From contig MCFE01000151.1 of NCBI GenBank assembly GCA_002104905.1, positions 62,001-126,000 of the forward strand: a stretch of 64,000 bases of DNA, read 5' to 3'. The first letter of the stretch is position 1. Each line of letters opens with the position of its first letter. Shown here piece after piece: positions 1 to 12,819 of the stretch. The notes under the pieces are model-generated. The model did not search any database. It saw only the letters and a list, made by a program, of their open reading frames with translations, and was not told the origin of the DNA. This stretch comes from Basidiobolus meristosporus CBS 931.73. Its lineage: Eukaryota > Fungi > Basidiobolomycota. The translations under genes were made by a program, and so were the position numbers.

Positions 1-1242
1 AAAACAGCCTTTCTAAATGGGGATTTGCAAGAAACTATATATATGGAGCAACCACAAGGTTTTACCGATCCAAAAAGCCCCCATAAGGTGTGCAAACTTA
101 GAAAATCGTTGTATGGGCTTAAGCAGGCACCCAGAGCATGGTATAACAAGATTGACACATATCTAGAGGAAATTGGGTTCTCTCGTAGCACTGCAGATCA
201 CAGTATATATGTGAAACAGCTCAAAAAGGGTGTGATCATCCTAGTTCTTTATGTGGACGACCTAATTATAGCTACAAGTGATCAAGAGGCACTTAAACAG
301 ACGAAATCAGATCTCTTCAGCAAGTTTGAGATGAAAGATCTTGGAAAATTGAGCTATTTTCTTGGAATTGAGGTCAAATTTGACATACCTACGCAGAAAA
401 TTGTGCTGAATCAGTCTAAGTACATCAGGGACATTCTTAGACGCTTCAAAATGGAAAATTGCAAGCCTGCAGCAACCCCTATGGACAATAACCTGAAATT
501 AAGCAAATCTCAGCCAGTTATGGATGAAAACGGCTCAAATATGGACCAAAACTTTCCCTATCAATCAATGGTTGGTAGCCTAATGTACTTGATGGTGTCT
601 ACACGTCCAGATATTGCAGTAGCAGTTGGAATAGTCAGTCAATTCATGCAGAATTATGGATCAGATCAAATTGCAGCAGTTAAGCGGATTTTCAGATATC
701 TACAAGGTACCATAAATATGGTACTGGAATACTCTGGAGCAGCTAATAGGCGAAAATTTGATGGTTATAGTGATTCAGATTGGGGTAGAGATCTGATTGA
801 CAGACACTCTACCACAGGCTATGTATTTCTTTATGCTGGTGCAGCTATTACTTGGAATTGCAAGAAACAACCAACTGTGGCACTATCTACAACTGAAGCC
901 AAATATATGGCTGCATGTCAAGCAACTAAGGAGGCTATATGGCTACGAAAATTATTCAAAGACTTAGGTTTTAATTCAGGTGAACCAACATGTATTTACA
1001 AGGATAATCAAAGTTGTATTTCATTAGCTAGAAATCCTACTAATCATGCCAGAACTAAGCACATTGATATACAGCATCACTTTGTGAGGGAAGCTGTAGA
1101 AAATAACTTAGTAGAGCTGGTTTACTGCCCAACTGACAAAATGGTGGCAGACATATTGACAAAACCACTAGCTAGGCCACAGTTTGAGATCCTTAGAGAG
1201 AAATTGGGATTAAGAAATTATTTAGTTGAGGGGGAGTGTTGA
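1..1242 (+). CDS. Ty1/copia family A pol, RT and RNase H part (5'-truncated by window edge)
   Basis: Frame is open from base 1 (KTAFLNGDL...). Contains KLRKSLYGLKQAPRAW, the LYVDD RT motif, SDSDWG and RNase H ADILTK. Stop codon TGA lies in the first bases of the 3' LTR. Confidence 0.93.
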   Translation, partial: KTAFLNGDLQETIYMEQPQGFTDPKSPHKVCKLRKSLYGLKQAPRAWYNKIDTYLEEIGFSRSTADHSIYVKQLKKGVIILVLYVDDLIIATSDQEALKQTKSDLFSKFEMKDLGKLSYFLGIEVKFDIPTQKIVLNQSKYIRDILRRFKMENCKPAATPMDNNLKLSKSQPVMDENGSNMDQNFPYQSMVGSLMYLMVSTRPDIAVAVGIVSQFMQNYGSDQIAAVKRIFRYLQGTINMVLEYSGAANRRKFDGYSDSDWGRDLIDRHSTTGYVFLYAGAAITWNCKKQPTVALSTTEAKYMAACQATKEAIWLRKLFKDLGFNSGEPTCIYKDNQSCISLARNPTNHARTKHIDIQHHFVREAVENNLVELVYCPTDKMVADILTKPLARPQFEILREKLGLRNYLVEGEC

Positions 1243-1605
1243 AATATTGAACTATTTGGTATCATTCAGCAGCAAAAAATTTACTTAACAATTCTAGGCT
1301 AGTCTTAGTCACTGTAGGACTCATTTACTGCCTTAACTTTGCCACTTTCTCCAGATATATGATCTTATGATTATTCCCCTATAGTCAGGATCAAATTAGC
1401 ACTATTACCAAACATTATGTACTAACCCTGAAACTGTTACAGAATGCTCCTGAATATTGAGAAACCCTCCCTACTTAGTGTTGCAGCTGTATTACTTCTA
1501 CAAAGGTATAAATACTGAGCTTCTTTATGAATAAACAACAGTTCAACTATTATCACTATTTCTTGATAAGTTCCTTACATCCAAATCACTTCTTAAATTG
1601 CAACA
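1237..1605 (+). repeat. 3' LTR of copia family A (369 bp, TGTTG...CAACA)
   Basis: Preceded by PPT GAGGGGGAG (1228-1236). TATAAATA followed by AATAAA inside. About 98% identical to the reverse copy at 8990-9358. Confidence 0.92.
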
Positions 1606-4600
1606 TAGTCAGCATTTCTCTTTTTGAAACTCAAAGATACCAAATAAGAATCTATCTTGCAATTCTAGGCTCTTGGTGATTGTTTGAGACCATATAGAGA
1701 TCTTTTAAGCTTGCAGACCAAATGGGGGTTATCTTGGTGAGCAAACCCATCAGGCTGGTACATTTCCATGTCCTCATCAGGTTCTCTGCTCAGAAATGCA
1801 GTATTTACATCCATTTGATGAATAAAGAACTTATACTTGGCTGCAATAGCCAATATGAATCTGATGGGATTAAACTTGGCTACCAGTTCCAAAGTCTCAA
1901 TATAGTCAAGTCCTTTTGTTTACAAGTATCCTTTGGCCACAAGTCTTGCTCTGCATCTTTCAATTGTACAACCTGCCTTGTATTTTGTCGGAAAGACCCA
2001 TCCACATTCAATTGATATTTAGTTGATTGATGATTTGACTAAGCTCCAAGGTTGATTTTCCATTAGGTCCTGATGTTCCTCAATTGTTGCAGATCTCCAA
2101 AACTTTGTCCAAGGGCTATAAAGGGCTTCTTTTACAGTCTGGAGCTCATCAATATGGATTGAATAGGCATAGGCTCAATTTTTACCCTTACTGATATAGA
2201 AATTTATACTATCTCTTGCCTGGCTAGATCCCCAGGCATCTGAAACTGAAATGATCAATTCTGGGATTATCCTGGCTACTGATTCAGGTTGAACCATGGC
2301 TGTAGAGTCCTCTGAAGTGATTAAGTTTGCATTGTTTTGTTCTGATTCAACCCTGACTAATGGAGGACTTGAGATGATATTTTGGTTGTCATTTGATGTC
2401 ATTTTTTGTGAAAATGTTGTATTTCCATCAAACAACACATCCCCAGACTTACTCAGCTTCTTTTCTGCTGTATTGTATAGTCTGTATGCTTCACTTTCAT
2501 TGAATTAGCACAAAAACATGCTTTTCACACTTGTTGGCTTAAATTTTGACTGGTTTCCAGGCAGTTTCTTGGCATATGCTGCACACCCATATATTTTTAG
2601 ATGTTCTGCACTTGGTCTGTATCTATACCATGCTTCAAATGTAATAGAATTTCAAAGTATTCCACTATAACTCCTATTTCTAAGGTATACAACTGAGGCA
2701 AAAGATTCCACCCAGATATCATGGGATAATCTTCAATCATTGATCATAGATCTTGCCATATGTTTTATTGATCTGTTTGCACATTCTACTACTCCATTCT
2801 GCTGTTGGAAGTAGGGTACAGTAGTTTCTTGCCTTATTCTATGACTTTGCAGTAATGGATGCAGGGTTCTGAAGTATATTTTCAACTATGACCAGAGTTT
2901 ATTATCTTGATTTTTTACCAGTGGCTCTCTCCACCATGAATTTACACTCCCTATGCTTAGACAGGGCTCATTCCTTTTCTCAATGAAATAGATACATGTG
3001 TATCTTGGATAATAATCAATAAAAGTGACTAAATACTTAAGCCTGCCTAAGGAAAATTTTGCCTAGGTCTACACAGATATGAGTGAGTTAATTCTAGTTT
3101 TTGCTTGATTTGTTTAGCCCAAGGCCCTGAAACAGCTGTGTGGCTTGGGTTCCCATTTGTGCAGGCTTCACAGTGCTCCATACTAACTGGGGAATCAATT
3201 CCTACTCCAAATTAGCTGATCTTTGATCATTTATGCAAATACTCAAATTAATGTGTCCAAATCTCTGGTACCAAAGCATCAGTGTTTCTTCATTTAAGTT
3301 GCTTATATTGGCTTCCAGATATGATAGAAATAAGCTAGTCTGTATAGATTCTGATCTCTGATACTCAAAACAATATGAGCACCACATGATCAGTGATCCT
3401 GCATCAGGAGTTGTCAAAGCTAAAAATACGTCCTTCTACCATGGCTTTACTGACAGATAGTTGGTTTATGGCTATGTCTAATACATAAAGTACTTCTCTG
3501 AAGGTGAGTACATTATATCCTTCACTACTTCTAAGGTTTACTTAGATATTTCCTTCTCCCACTGCATCAAGTGTTGTATTGTCATCCATGAAAAACTTGT
3601 TAATTGGAATTTCCTGATATTGTGAAAATTTTGCTCTTGGTGTACAAAGCCTTGAGATGCTACAGAGTCAATATACCACATCTAAGAGTCCTGGTTTATG
3701 GTCATATCTTCTTCAGATGTGAATAGTCTATCTTCAGCTGTTGCAGCATTTCCATATTCAGGCTTTTTCTGTTGACTATCTCTCTTTCTGAGGCCCTAGT
3801 CTGGTGTGTGTCCTTTACATTGACAGTTGCTGCATTACAGGTTGTTATTGCCCTCAAAAGGTCTTGGACACCTCCTCTGTTAGTTATCATTGCTTATTGA
3901 AGCATTCACGTCTTCCTTCATGTTGACACTCAACTTTCTCAATTTTTTATCTAAAAGCCTTGTTGATGTGTATTACAAGGTCAAATATGCTTTTCTGGAC
4001 TCTGGGACTGATGCAAGGACGTATAACTTGTCTGACATGCTATTCAGGATAGTAACTATCACATCCTCATTGGTAGTTGGTAGGCGCACAGATTCCATTG
4101 CATCTACTGGCAGGGTATACCGTTAATTAGATTTTGCATCTCCTTTCCTGGTAGCATTGTTGTGGTGATGAATTTTTGTTTAAGATACATTTTCTTAGCA
4201 GCTGAACATGACTGGTAGATATCTTGTGATGACTCCCAGGCATTCTTTGTTGTTTTTGCTCTTGAGCATAGCAAGTTGTCATTAATGTTAAGGCAAATAA
4301 AGTTAAAGGCACTTTGCTATTTCTGTTGTAAGAATCCTGGAGATATAGGAAGTAATAGGGAGAACAAGTAGATTATATGGTTTTCACATAATGATTTATT
4401 GATTGTAAAAGTAGTATTGCTACTTTTGCATTGTCTTGGCATAACAATCATCTAGAATGGGGTTAGGAAGGCCCCAAAAACATGTGTTCAAAGTTTGGGG
4501 CTGTTTTGACAACTTTGAGAATTTTTGTGTTCTGAGTACCTGGTATTTTGGTTGATTTATTCCAAGTATATCCCAACAAGGAATTTGGTCAGTATTTTCT

Positions 4601-5091
4601 AGGATTTGAAGGTAACTATATCAGTGGTCAAGATAAACAAATATCTAGGTGGAATTACACACTTTACAACAATTACTTTTGGTACTTTGGGGCTTCCTCT
4701 CCTACATTTCAGGAGGGCATTCTGCTCCCATAACAAAATCTCAAAGACCTCTTTCTTGTAACAGGATCTTCATCTTCACCTTCAACACCTGGTAGCAGAT
4801 CCTTCAAACTTCTCAGGCAAGGCAAGAATTCTAATAGTAGCAGTAGTAGACATTCCAGCAAGTTACAGCTGGGGGCTAATAACCTGTTGTAAGGGGCTTG
4901 GAGATATTGGAAGTGATTGGGAGAACAAGTAGATTGTGTGGTCTTCACTTAATGTTGTATTGAATGTAAAAGTAATATTTATCCTATGCTATGCAATTCG
5001 TGTCAAAAGTCAGCTAAAATACCATTATGTTTTGGCTTCATATGAAGGTAAAATCAACAAAATGCTGTCACAGTCTTATCATACAACCTTT
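1606..5091 (-). mobile_element. Degenerate copia family B element (gag-PR-IN-RT remnant with 5' LTR from 4885), interrupted in RT by the family A element
   Basis: Minus-strand fragments YQPDGF...KLKRSLYGLKQSPRA, integrase, GAG-pre-integrase and gag. PBS-like GGGGCTAATAACC next to LTR start at 4885. Many stops and no CpG. Confidence 0.85.
4324..4671 (-). repeat. Solo LTR of copia family B inserted into gag of a family B element
   Basis: 348 bp TGTTG...CAACA, similar to 53878-54226. Flanks ATTTC/ATTAC (5-bp TSD with one mismatch). gag sequence resumes on both sides. Confidence 0.78.
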
Positions 5092-5760
5092 TATGATCTA
5101 CTGCTTGAATGTTTAAGTTAGATCAATTTTTAGTCAAATTAATTAGTTCTTTGTTAAGCCTATTAGTATATCAGTATTATCCATCAAATCAGTAGTATTA
5201 GTCAGCCAACAAATCAGCAGGTGCTTATTAAACAGAAATTGACATATTAAGTAGGATATAATTAGGTGATGATGCTGCTATCAAATGAGTCATTGGCCAC
5301 AACCTACATTAGGAGATATAATTAGTCAGCAACTGATTTGGTAAAGTGTACATAAGGAGCTGCTCAAACCTCATAAATAATCATTCCAAGTTTTAGTGAA
5401 TACAATATCCGCTATACTCCCTATTCTTCCACAACTCTTATATCAGGACTTGTAATAATATTGTCAAGTTTCAATAATTCTAAGCTGCTGGCATTATGGC
5501 ACACTCATCATGTGATTCTGAGGGCCAATCAGGATTATATCCAGCCATGGGACTAAGGTATTCTTTTTGGGGCACCTGACTCAGTTCAAACATGAAGACA
5601 GGTACAGCTAGGTATCAAAAGTATGAAGAGGCTGGCAAGATATTGTTGCTACTACTATGACCAAGGAAGTCTAGTTTTTGACTTGTCTGATTAAATGCTG
5701 GTAACTATCACTGTAATACTCATTATGCTTTCTGAGCACTTCAAGGATCATAGATCTGAA
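5092..5760 (+). repeat. Degenerate LTR-like sequence of gypsy family G2 (LTR-D)
   Basis: 5092-5450 is the reverse complement of 16349-16656 plus 15150-15199, which abut the G2 PPT. Right end uncertain. Confidence 0.5.
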
Positions 5761-5769
5761 GAAAGGGGC

Positions 5770-8655
5770 AAAGTTAGGGCTGTAAGTTAGTCCTACAGTG
5801 ACCAAGACTAGTCTGGAATTGTTAAGTAAATATTAGCCGCTGAATGATACCAAGTAGCTCAATATTGAATACTACTCCTCAAATAAATAATTTCTCAATC
5901 CTAATTCCTTGCTGAGATTATCAAATGTGGCCTAGTTAGTGATTTTGCCAATACATCTGCCACCATTTTATCAGTTGGGCAGTAAACATACTCAATTAAG
6001 TTACTTTCTTCAGCTTCCCTCACACAGTAGTGTTGTATATACATGTGCATAGCTTTGACATGATTAGTTAGAATTCTAGTTATTGAAATACAAATTTGAT
6101 TATCCTTATAATTACACGTTGGCTCAAGTAAATTAAAGCCTAAGTCCTTGAATAACTACTGTAGCTATAAAGCCTCCTTAGTTGCTTAACAATCAACCAT
6201 ATGTTCAGCTTCAGTTTTAGATAGGACCACAGTTGGTTGGTTTGTGTAGTTCCAAGTAATAGCCACACCAGCAAAAGGAAATACCTACCTAGTGGTAGAG
6301 CATCTGCCAATCAGACCCCTACCCCAATCTGAGTCACTAAAATCATCAAATTTCTACCTATGAGCTACTTTATAGTATTTCAGTACCAAATATATGGTAC
6401 CTTGTAGAAATCTGATATTTTCTCTACTACTGTAACATAATCTAATCCATAATTTTGCATGAATTTACTGACTACTCCAACTGCAACTGCAATATCTGGA
6501 CATGTAGACATCATCAAATAATCAGGCTACCCACCATTGATTGATAGGGAAAGTTTTGGTCCATTTCTTTAACTTTATCACCTAAAGCTGGCTGAAATTT
6601 GTTCAATTTCAGGTTATTGTCCATGGGGGTAGCTGCAGGCTAGCAATTTTTCATTTTGAAGCATTTAAGATTGTCCCTGATGTACCAAGACTGATTCAGC
6701 ATAATATTCTGCATAGATATGTCAAGTTTGACTTTGATTCCAAATAATAACTTGGATTTCCAACATCTTCCAACTGAAACTTGCTGAAGAGCTATGATCT
6801 TGTGTGTTTAAGTGCCTCCTGGTTGCTTGTAGCTATTAGTAGGTTGTCCTCATAAAGAACTGGGATGATTTCACCCATTTTCAGCTGTTTCACATATATA
6901 CTCTGATCTACAGTGCTACAAATGGGCCTTATCTCCTCTATATATGTGGCAATCTTGTTATACCATGCTCTAGGTGCCTATATAAGCCCATTCAACAATT
7001 TCCTAAGTCTGCATACCTCATGGAGGCCTTTTGGATTGTTAAAACCTTCAGGTTGCTCCATGTACATAGTCTCTGCCATATCACTATTTAGAAAGGCTGC
7101 TTTAACATCCATTTGATGCAGATCCAGACTCTGTACAGCTGCCAGGCCAGAACTGCCCTTATGGAGTTAAACTTGGCAACCAGAGCAAATGTTGCCATAA
7201 ATTCTAGTCCTTGGATCTGAGAGTAGCCTTTAGCAAATAATAAGGCCTTGTAATTACCAATGAACTATTCAAGGTAATCTTGATCTGTTAGGCCCATATA
7301 TATCCTATGGGCTTTCTTCCATTTGGTAAATTTACCAGTTCCCACTTTTTTGCCCTGATCATTGATTGGTACTCCTCCAGCATGGCTTGCTGCTGCATAG
7401 TGGCATCTGGACTTTGCATTGCCTGTTCCAGATTCTGAGGTTTGGCACATTAGGCAAGATAAGCTTCTTCATGATCATTGGATGACTGCCACCAGGATTC
7501 AGCAGCATTTCCTATTCTATTAGATCTTCTAACTGGGATAATCAGCTCTTATCTGGAACTGGTAGAGTTATCTTCTGTATCTGGCAGAATTAGGTAAATA
7601 TCTTCTTCATTACTGTTGACTGTGTGAGAAGGCAGCTGGCCAATGATTTCAGTGGCTTTGTGATCTAAATTCTCTTCAAATACAACATCCTTGCTCATGA
7701 TCAGCTTCAGAATTATGCCATCAAACACTCTTTACCCTTTAGTATCCTCACAATACCCAAGAAAGATCCTTGTTCTACTCTTTGGATTCAACTCTGAGCA
7801 TTTTTTGTCAGGGATGCAATAAAACACATTACTGCCAAAAGTCTAGAGATGCTAGAGGTGTGGTTTTTTACCTGTATTTGCTTCAAAGTGTGCAGAATCA
7901 CATTGTGCTGTTGTTGAGCAACTTTTTAGATATATACTGCAGTAGCAATGAACTCAACCCAAAGCTTTTAGTCTGTTGCTTTATCATGAAGCAAAGATCT
8001 TCCCATCCCTATTTTTTTTCTGTTTGCACATTCTGCTACTCCATTTTGCTGTGAAGTATGTGGAACAGTGATCTGCAGAAGTGTACCAGCAGATGAGCAA
8101 TATTTTGCAAACTCCTTTGAGCAATATCCCCCTCCATTGTCACTACAAAGTACCTTCTGTTTATACCAAGTTTGTGCTTCTGCCAGGTTCTTGAAGTGCT
8201 TAAGTGCCTCTAAAGCCTCATCCTTTGTCTTGAGGAAGAACACCAATGCATATCTTGTCTTATCATCAATAAACATCACAAAGTATCTCATGGCTCCAAA
8301 GGATAGTATTCTCATGGGCCAAGATATGTCTGAGTGCACAATAGCCAATTTATAGGTTGTGATAGTACCTCCTGAGCTCTTAGGATGTTGACCAGCTTGT
8401 GTGCCATGTGAACCTCTCTTAAAGACACTCAATTTCATTGGAACTGAGTAATTTAAGCCCAAAACAACCTGATTTTTCACCAATTGGCTCATTTTCTGTT
8501 CCTCAATGTGTCCTAGCCTCTTATGCCATGTCTCCTAGTTAGGTTCATTAGTTTCAGCAATGTTGATATACTCAGGTACAACAATTGTGCTTTGTAACTT
8601 GTATTCATTGCAATCTCTGTTTCTCAAAGCCAATATTGATTCAATTTTACTCAAA
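5770..8655 (-). mobile_element. Degenerate copia family A element (IN-RT-RNase H plus partial 3' LTR 5770-5871)
   Basis: Reverse complement of the 1-1330 region with many stops. Integrase fragment IVHSDISWPM...FIDDKTRY...SDNGGGY...QQNGVAE at 7968-8492. Confidence 0.85.
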
Positions 8656-8989
8656 GTTTAGCAGCTCAGCTTAGTAAAAGAGTTTCAGTCCCTAAGTAGT
8701 TATTTACTCACTGAGAGTGGGTTCTTAGCTATTCCAAGCACATGGAGTATGTCAGTCAGCATGAAGGAAGAAGTAAATGCCTTAATAAGCAATAATTACT
8801 AACAGAGGAGGTGTCTGAGACCTTTTGGGGGCAATAACAACCTGTAATGTGGCAGCTTTCAATGGAAAGGACACACATCAGTCTGGTGCTTCAAAAAGTG
8901 AGATAGCTAGCAGAAAAAGCCTGAATATGGAAATGCTGCAACAGCTTAAGATAGACTATTCACATCAACACAAGATATAACCACAAACC

Positions 8990-9358
8990 TGTTGCAATTT
9001 AAGAAGTGATTTCGATATAAGGAACTTATCAAGAAATAGTGATAATAGTTGAACTGTTGTTCATTCATAAAGAAGCTCAGTATTTATACCTTTGTAGAAG
9101 TAATACAGCTGCAACACTATGTAGGGAGGGTTTCTCAATATTCAGGAGCATTCTGTAACAGTTTCAGGGTTAGTACATAATGTTTGGTAATAGTGCTAAT
9201 TTGATCCTGACTATAGGGGAATAATCATAAGATCATATATCTGGAGAAAGTGGCAAAGTTAAGGCAGTAAATGAGTCCTACAGTGACTAAGACTAGCCTA
9301 GAATTGTTAAGTAAATTTTTAGCTGCTGAATGATACCAAATAGTCCAATATTTCAACA
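8990..9358 (-). repeat. Solo LTR of copia family A
   Basis: 369 bp reverse copy of 1237-1605, flanked by a perfect 5-bp TSD AAACC (8985-8989 and 9359-9363). Confidence 0.93.
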
Positions 9359-12300
9359 AAACCAGGACTCTTAGATGTGGTTTATTGACTCTGGAGCTTC
9401 TCAGGGCTTTGTACACCAAGAGCAATTTGTTCACAATGTCAAGAAATTCCAATTAAGAAGTTTTTCATGGATGACAATAGAACACTTGATGCAGTGGGAG
9501 AAGGAAATATCTAAGTCAAACTTAGAAGTAGTGAAGGATTCCATGCACTCACCTTCAGAGAAGTACTTCATTCATTAGACATAGCCATAAACCTACTATC
9601 TGTCAGTAAAGCCATGGTAGGAGGACGTATTTTTAGCTTTGACAATTCTGGATGCAGGATCACTAATCAAAATGGTGCTCATGTTGTTTTGAGTATCAGA
9701 GATCAGAATCTATACATTAGCTTATATTCTATCATATCTGGAAGCCAATATAAGCAACCTAAATGAAGAAACACCAATGCTTTGGCAGAGAAGATTTGGA
9801 CACATCAATCTTGCTTATTTGCGCAAAATGGTCAAAGATCAGCTAATTTCCAGAGTAAAGATTACTCCCGTAGCTAATTTGGAGCACTTTGAAGCCTGTA
9901 TATATGGTAAACAAGTCAGACAGCTGTTCAAGAGCTTGGGGCAAATCATAACTAACAAAAGATAAGATCTAATTCACTCAGATCTGTGTGTACATATGTA
10001 AAATTTGTCCTGAGTCAGGATGAAATATTTGGTTATTTTTATTGATAATTATATAAGATGTATGTGGGTCTACCCCATGGAGAGAAAAGAAGAAGCTCTG
10101 TCTATGCTCAGGAAGTTTAAAGCCATGGTGGAGGGAAAAACTGGCAAAGATATCAAGAAAATATGATCTGACAATGGTGGAGAATGTACCTTGAAACTCT
10201 TCATCCACTTCTGCAAACTCCTGGGATAATGCAAGAGAGTACTGTACCATACTACCCATGCCAGATGGAGTAGCAGAATATGCAAATAGATCAATAATTG
10301 AAAAGGCAAGATCTATGATCCATGATCAAGAATTATCCCATGATCTTTGGGCAAAATTAGTTACAACAGAATACTTTGTTATTCTACTCCATTGAAAGTA
10401 TAGTATGTATACAGACCAAGTGCAGAACATCTAAGAATATTTGGGTGTATAGCATATGCCAAGAAGCTGCCCAGAAATCTGTTAAAATTTAGCAAAAAAG
10501 TGTAAAACACAAACTTTGGTGCTACTGCAGTCAGAGTAAAGCATACAGGTTCAGCAGTACCAAAGTAAAGAAGCCAATGAAGTCCTGGGATTTTTGTTTG
10601 ACAAAAACTTGAAATTGTTAAAAAAAATGACATCAGATGATCACAAAAGTCTGATCTCAAGTTCAACCATTGTCAGGATTTAATCAGACCAAAACAACAA
10701 AAACTTTACACTCCTAAGGACTCTACTGCCATGGTTCAGCTGGAAGCAGTGCTCAGGGATATCCCAAAAGTTATATTTTAGTATCAAATGTCTGGAGATC
10801 CAACTGGACAGAAAATAACACAAAATACTATATCATTGAGGGTACAAACTTAGCCTATACCTACTAAGTACATATTGATGAGCCCCAGTCTGTAGAAGTA
10901 ACTCTGAATAGCTCTCAGGTAAAGTTTTGGAGATCTGCAATGACTGAGGAATATCAGGTTGTACTGGAAAATCAAACTTGGTACTTAGTCAAATCACCCA
11001 TCAATCAAGAATCCATTGGATGCAGCTGAGTCTTTAAGACAAAATACAAGGCTTATGGTACAATTGAGAGATATAAAGTAAAACTTTTGGCCAAAGAATA
11101 CTCTCAAACAAAAGTACTTGATTATACTGAGACCTTTGCACTGGTAGCCAAGCAAAATTCCATCAGATTGAAATTGGCTATTGCTGCCAAATATAAGTCT
11201 TTAATTCATCAAATGGATGTAAAAACTGTATTTTAGAATGGAGAACTGCATGAGAACATGTATATGGACAGGCCTGAAGGATCTGTTGACCATGGCAATC
11301 CCCATTTGGTCTTCAAGCTTGAAAAGTCCCTATATGTACTCAAGCAATTACCAGGAGCCTAGAATTGCAAAATAGATTCTATCTTGGAATCTTTGAGTTT
11401 CAAAAGGAGTAATGCTGACTATAGTATATAATATAGGCCAGATAGAGCAAATCTTGTTCTAATAGCTCTATATGTGGAAGAACTTGTTGTAGCCACTAAT
11501 AACCTAGCAACATTAGAAGTGACTAAATCCAGCCACTCCAAAGAGTTTCAGATGTCCTAATAAGGAGAACTCAGTTACTATTTAGGGATAAAGTTCTTCA
11601 TAGATAGAAGTACACAGACTATCACCCTAAGCCAATCCAAGTATATTTGAGATATACAAAAGAAGTACCAAATGGAAGACTGTAAACTGGCAGCTAGCTC
11701 AATGGAGACACACCTTAGCTTGGTTGAAACTCAACCAAATCAAGAGAGCTTAGTGCCATCTGAAAGCTCAACTTTGCTTATTGGTCTATGATGGGCCGTC
11801 CAATATAAAGCATGCCTGGAACATTTCCAGATATCTCTTACTTGGTGGGGCTGTCAGCAAGTCTCATCTGAACTATAGATCTGATCATATTGCAGCAGTC
11901 AAGTGGATCTTTAGACATCTGACAGGAAATGTTGATTTCTACTTAAGATACACTTATAAGAATTTGGAAAAGGATCTTGTGGAATACTTGGATGCTGATT
12001 GGGGACAAAATTTGGAAGACAGAAGATCTACCACAGGATACACCATTCTTTACTGAGAAGGAGCATTTTCATTGAACTCAAAAAAGCAACCAACCATAGT
12101 ACTTTCAACCACAGAGACAGTGTATGCAGGAGCCTGTGAGGCTACAAAAGAGGTAATGTGGTTAAGAAAGATTTTTACAGATTTAGGCCTATGTCACAAA
12201 ACCCCTATTACTTTATTTCAAGATACTCAAAGCTGTATACAATTAGGTAGAAATCAAACCTGTCAGGATAGAACTAAGCACATAGTTATTAGACTTTGTT

Positions 12301-12462
12301 TCACTCATGAAGCAATAGAGAATAACTTAGTTGGCTTAGTTTACTGATCTCTGGATGAAATGCTGCAGACATATTGACTAAACTATTAGCTAGAGACAAG
12401 TATCAATATCTTAGGTCATAATGAGGACTAGTCAGTGTGACCATTAAGCTGAGTGGGAGCAT

Positions 12463-12806
12463 TGTTAAAACTTGTAATTTCAACTGAATCCTCACCTACC
12501 TTAGCCAATTAGATCATTACCTTCAAATCCTAGGGAATACTGACCAAGTTCCTTGTTTGAATTTACTTGGGATATTTTCACTAAAATACCAGGTCCCAGA
12601 ACATGAAAATTCTCAAAGCTGTCCAAACAGCCCCAAACTTTGCACACATGCTCTTGAGACCTTTCTTAACCTATTCTATGTGTTTGCTATTCCAAGACCA
12701 TGTAAAAGTATAAATACTCCTTTTTTATTCAATAAATCATTAAGTGAAAGCCACCTAATCTACTTGTTCTCTCAGTCATTCCAGTATCTCCAAGACTGTT
12801 ACAGCA
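12463..12806 (+). repeat. 3' LTR of copia family B
   Basis: Reverse-complement match to 53878-54226. Follows RNase H and a purine tract. Confidence 0.8.
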
Positions 12807-12819
12807 CATTCTGCCTAAG

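Larger units (their letters stand above)
8660..12806 (+). mobile_element. Degenerate copia family B element (gag end, PR, IN, RT, RNase H, 3' LTR)
   Basis: MWFIDSGAS protease, LWQRRFGHIN pre-integrase, DADWG and KKQPTIVLSTTE RNase H. Purine tract before the LTR at 12463. Confidence 0.85.
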
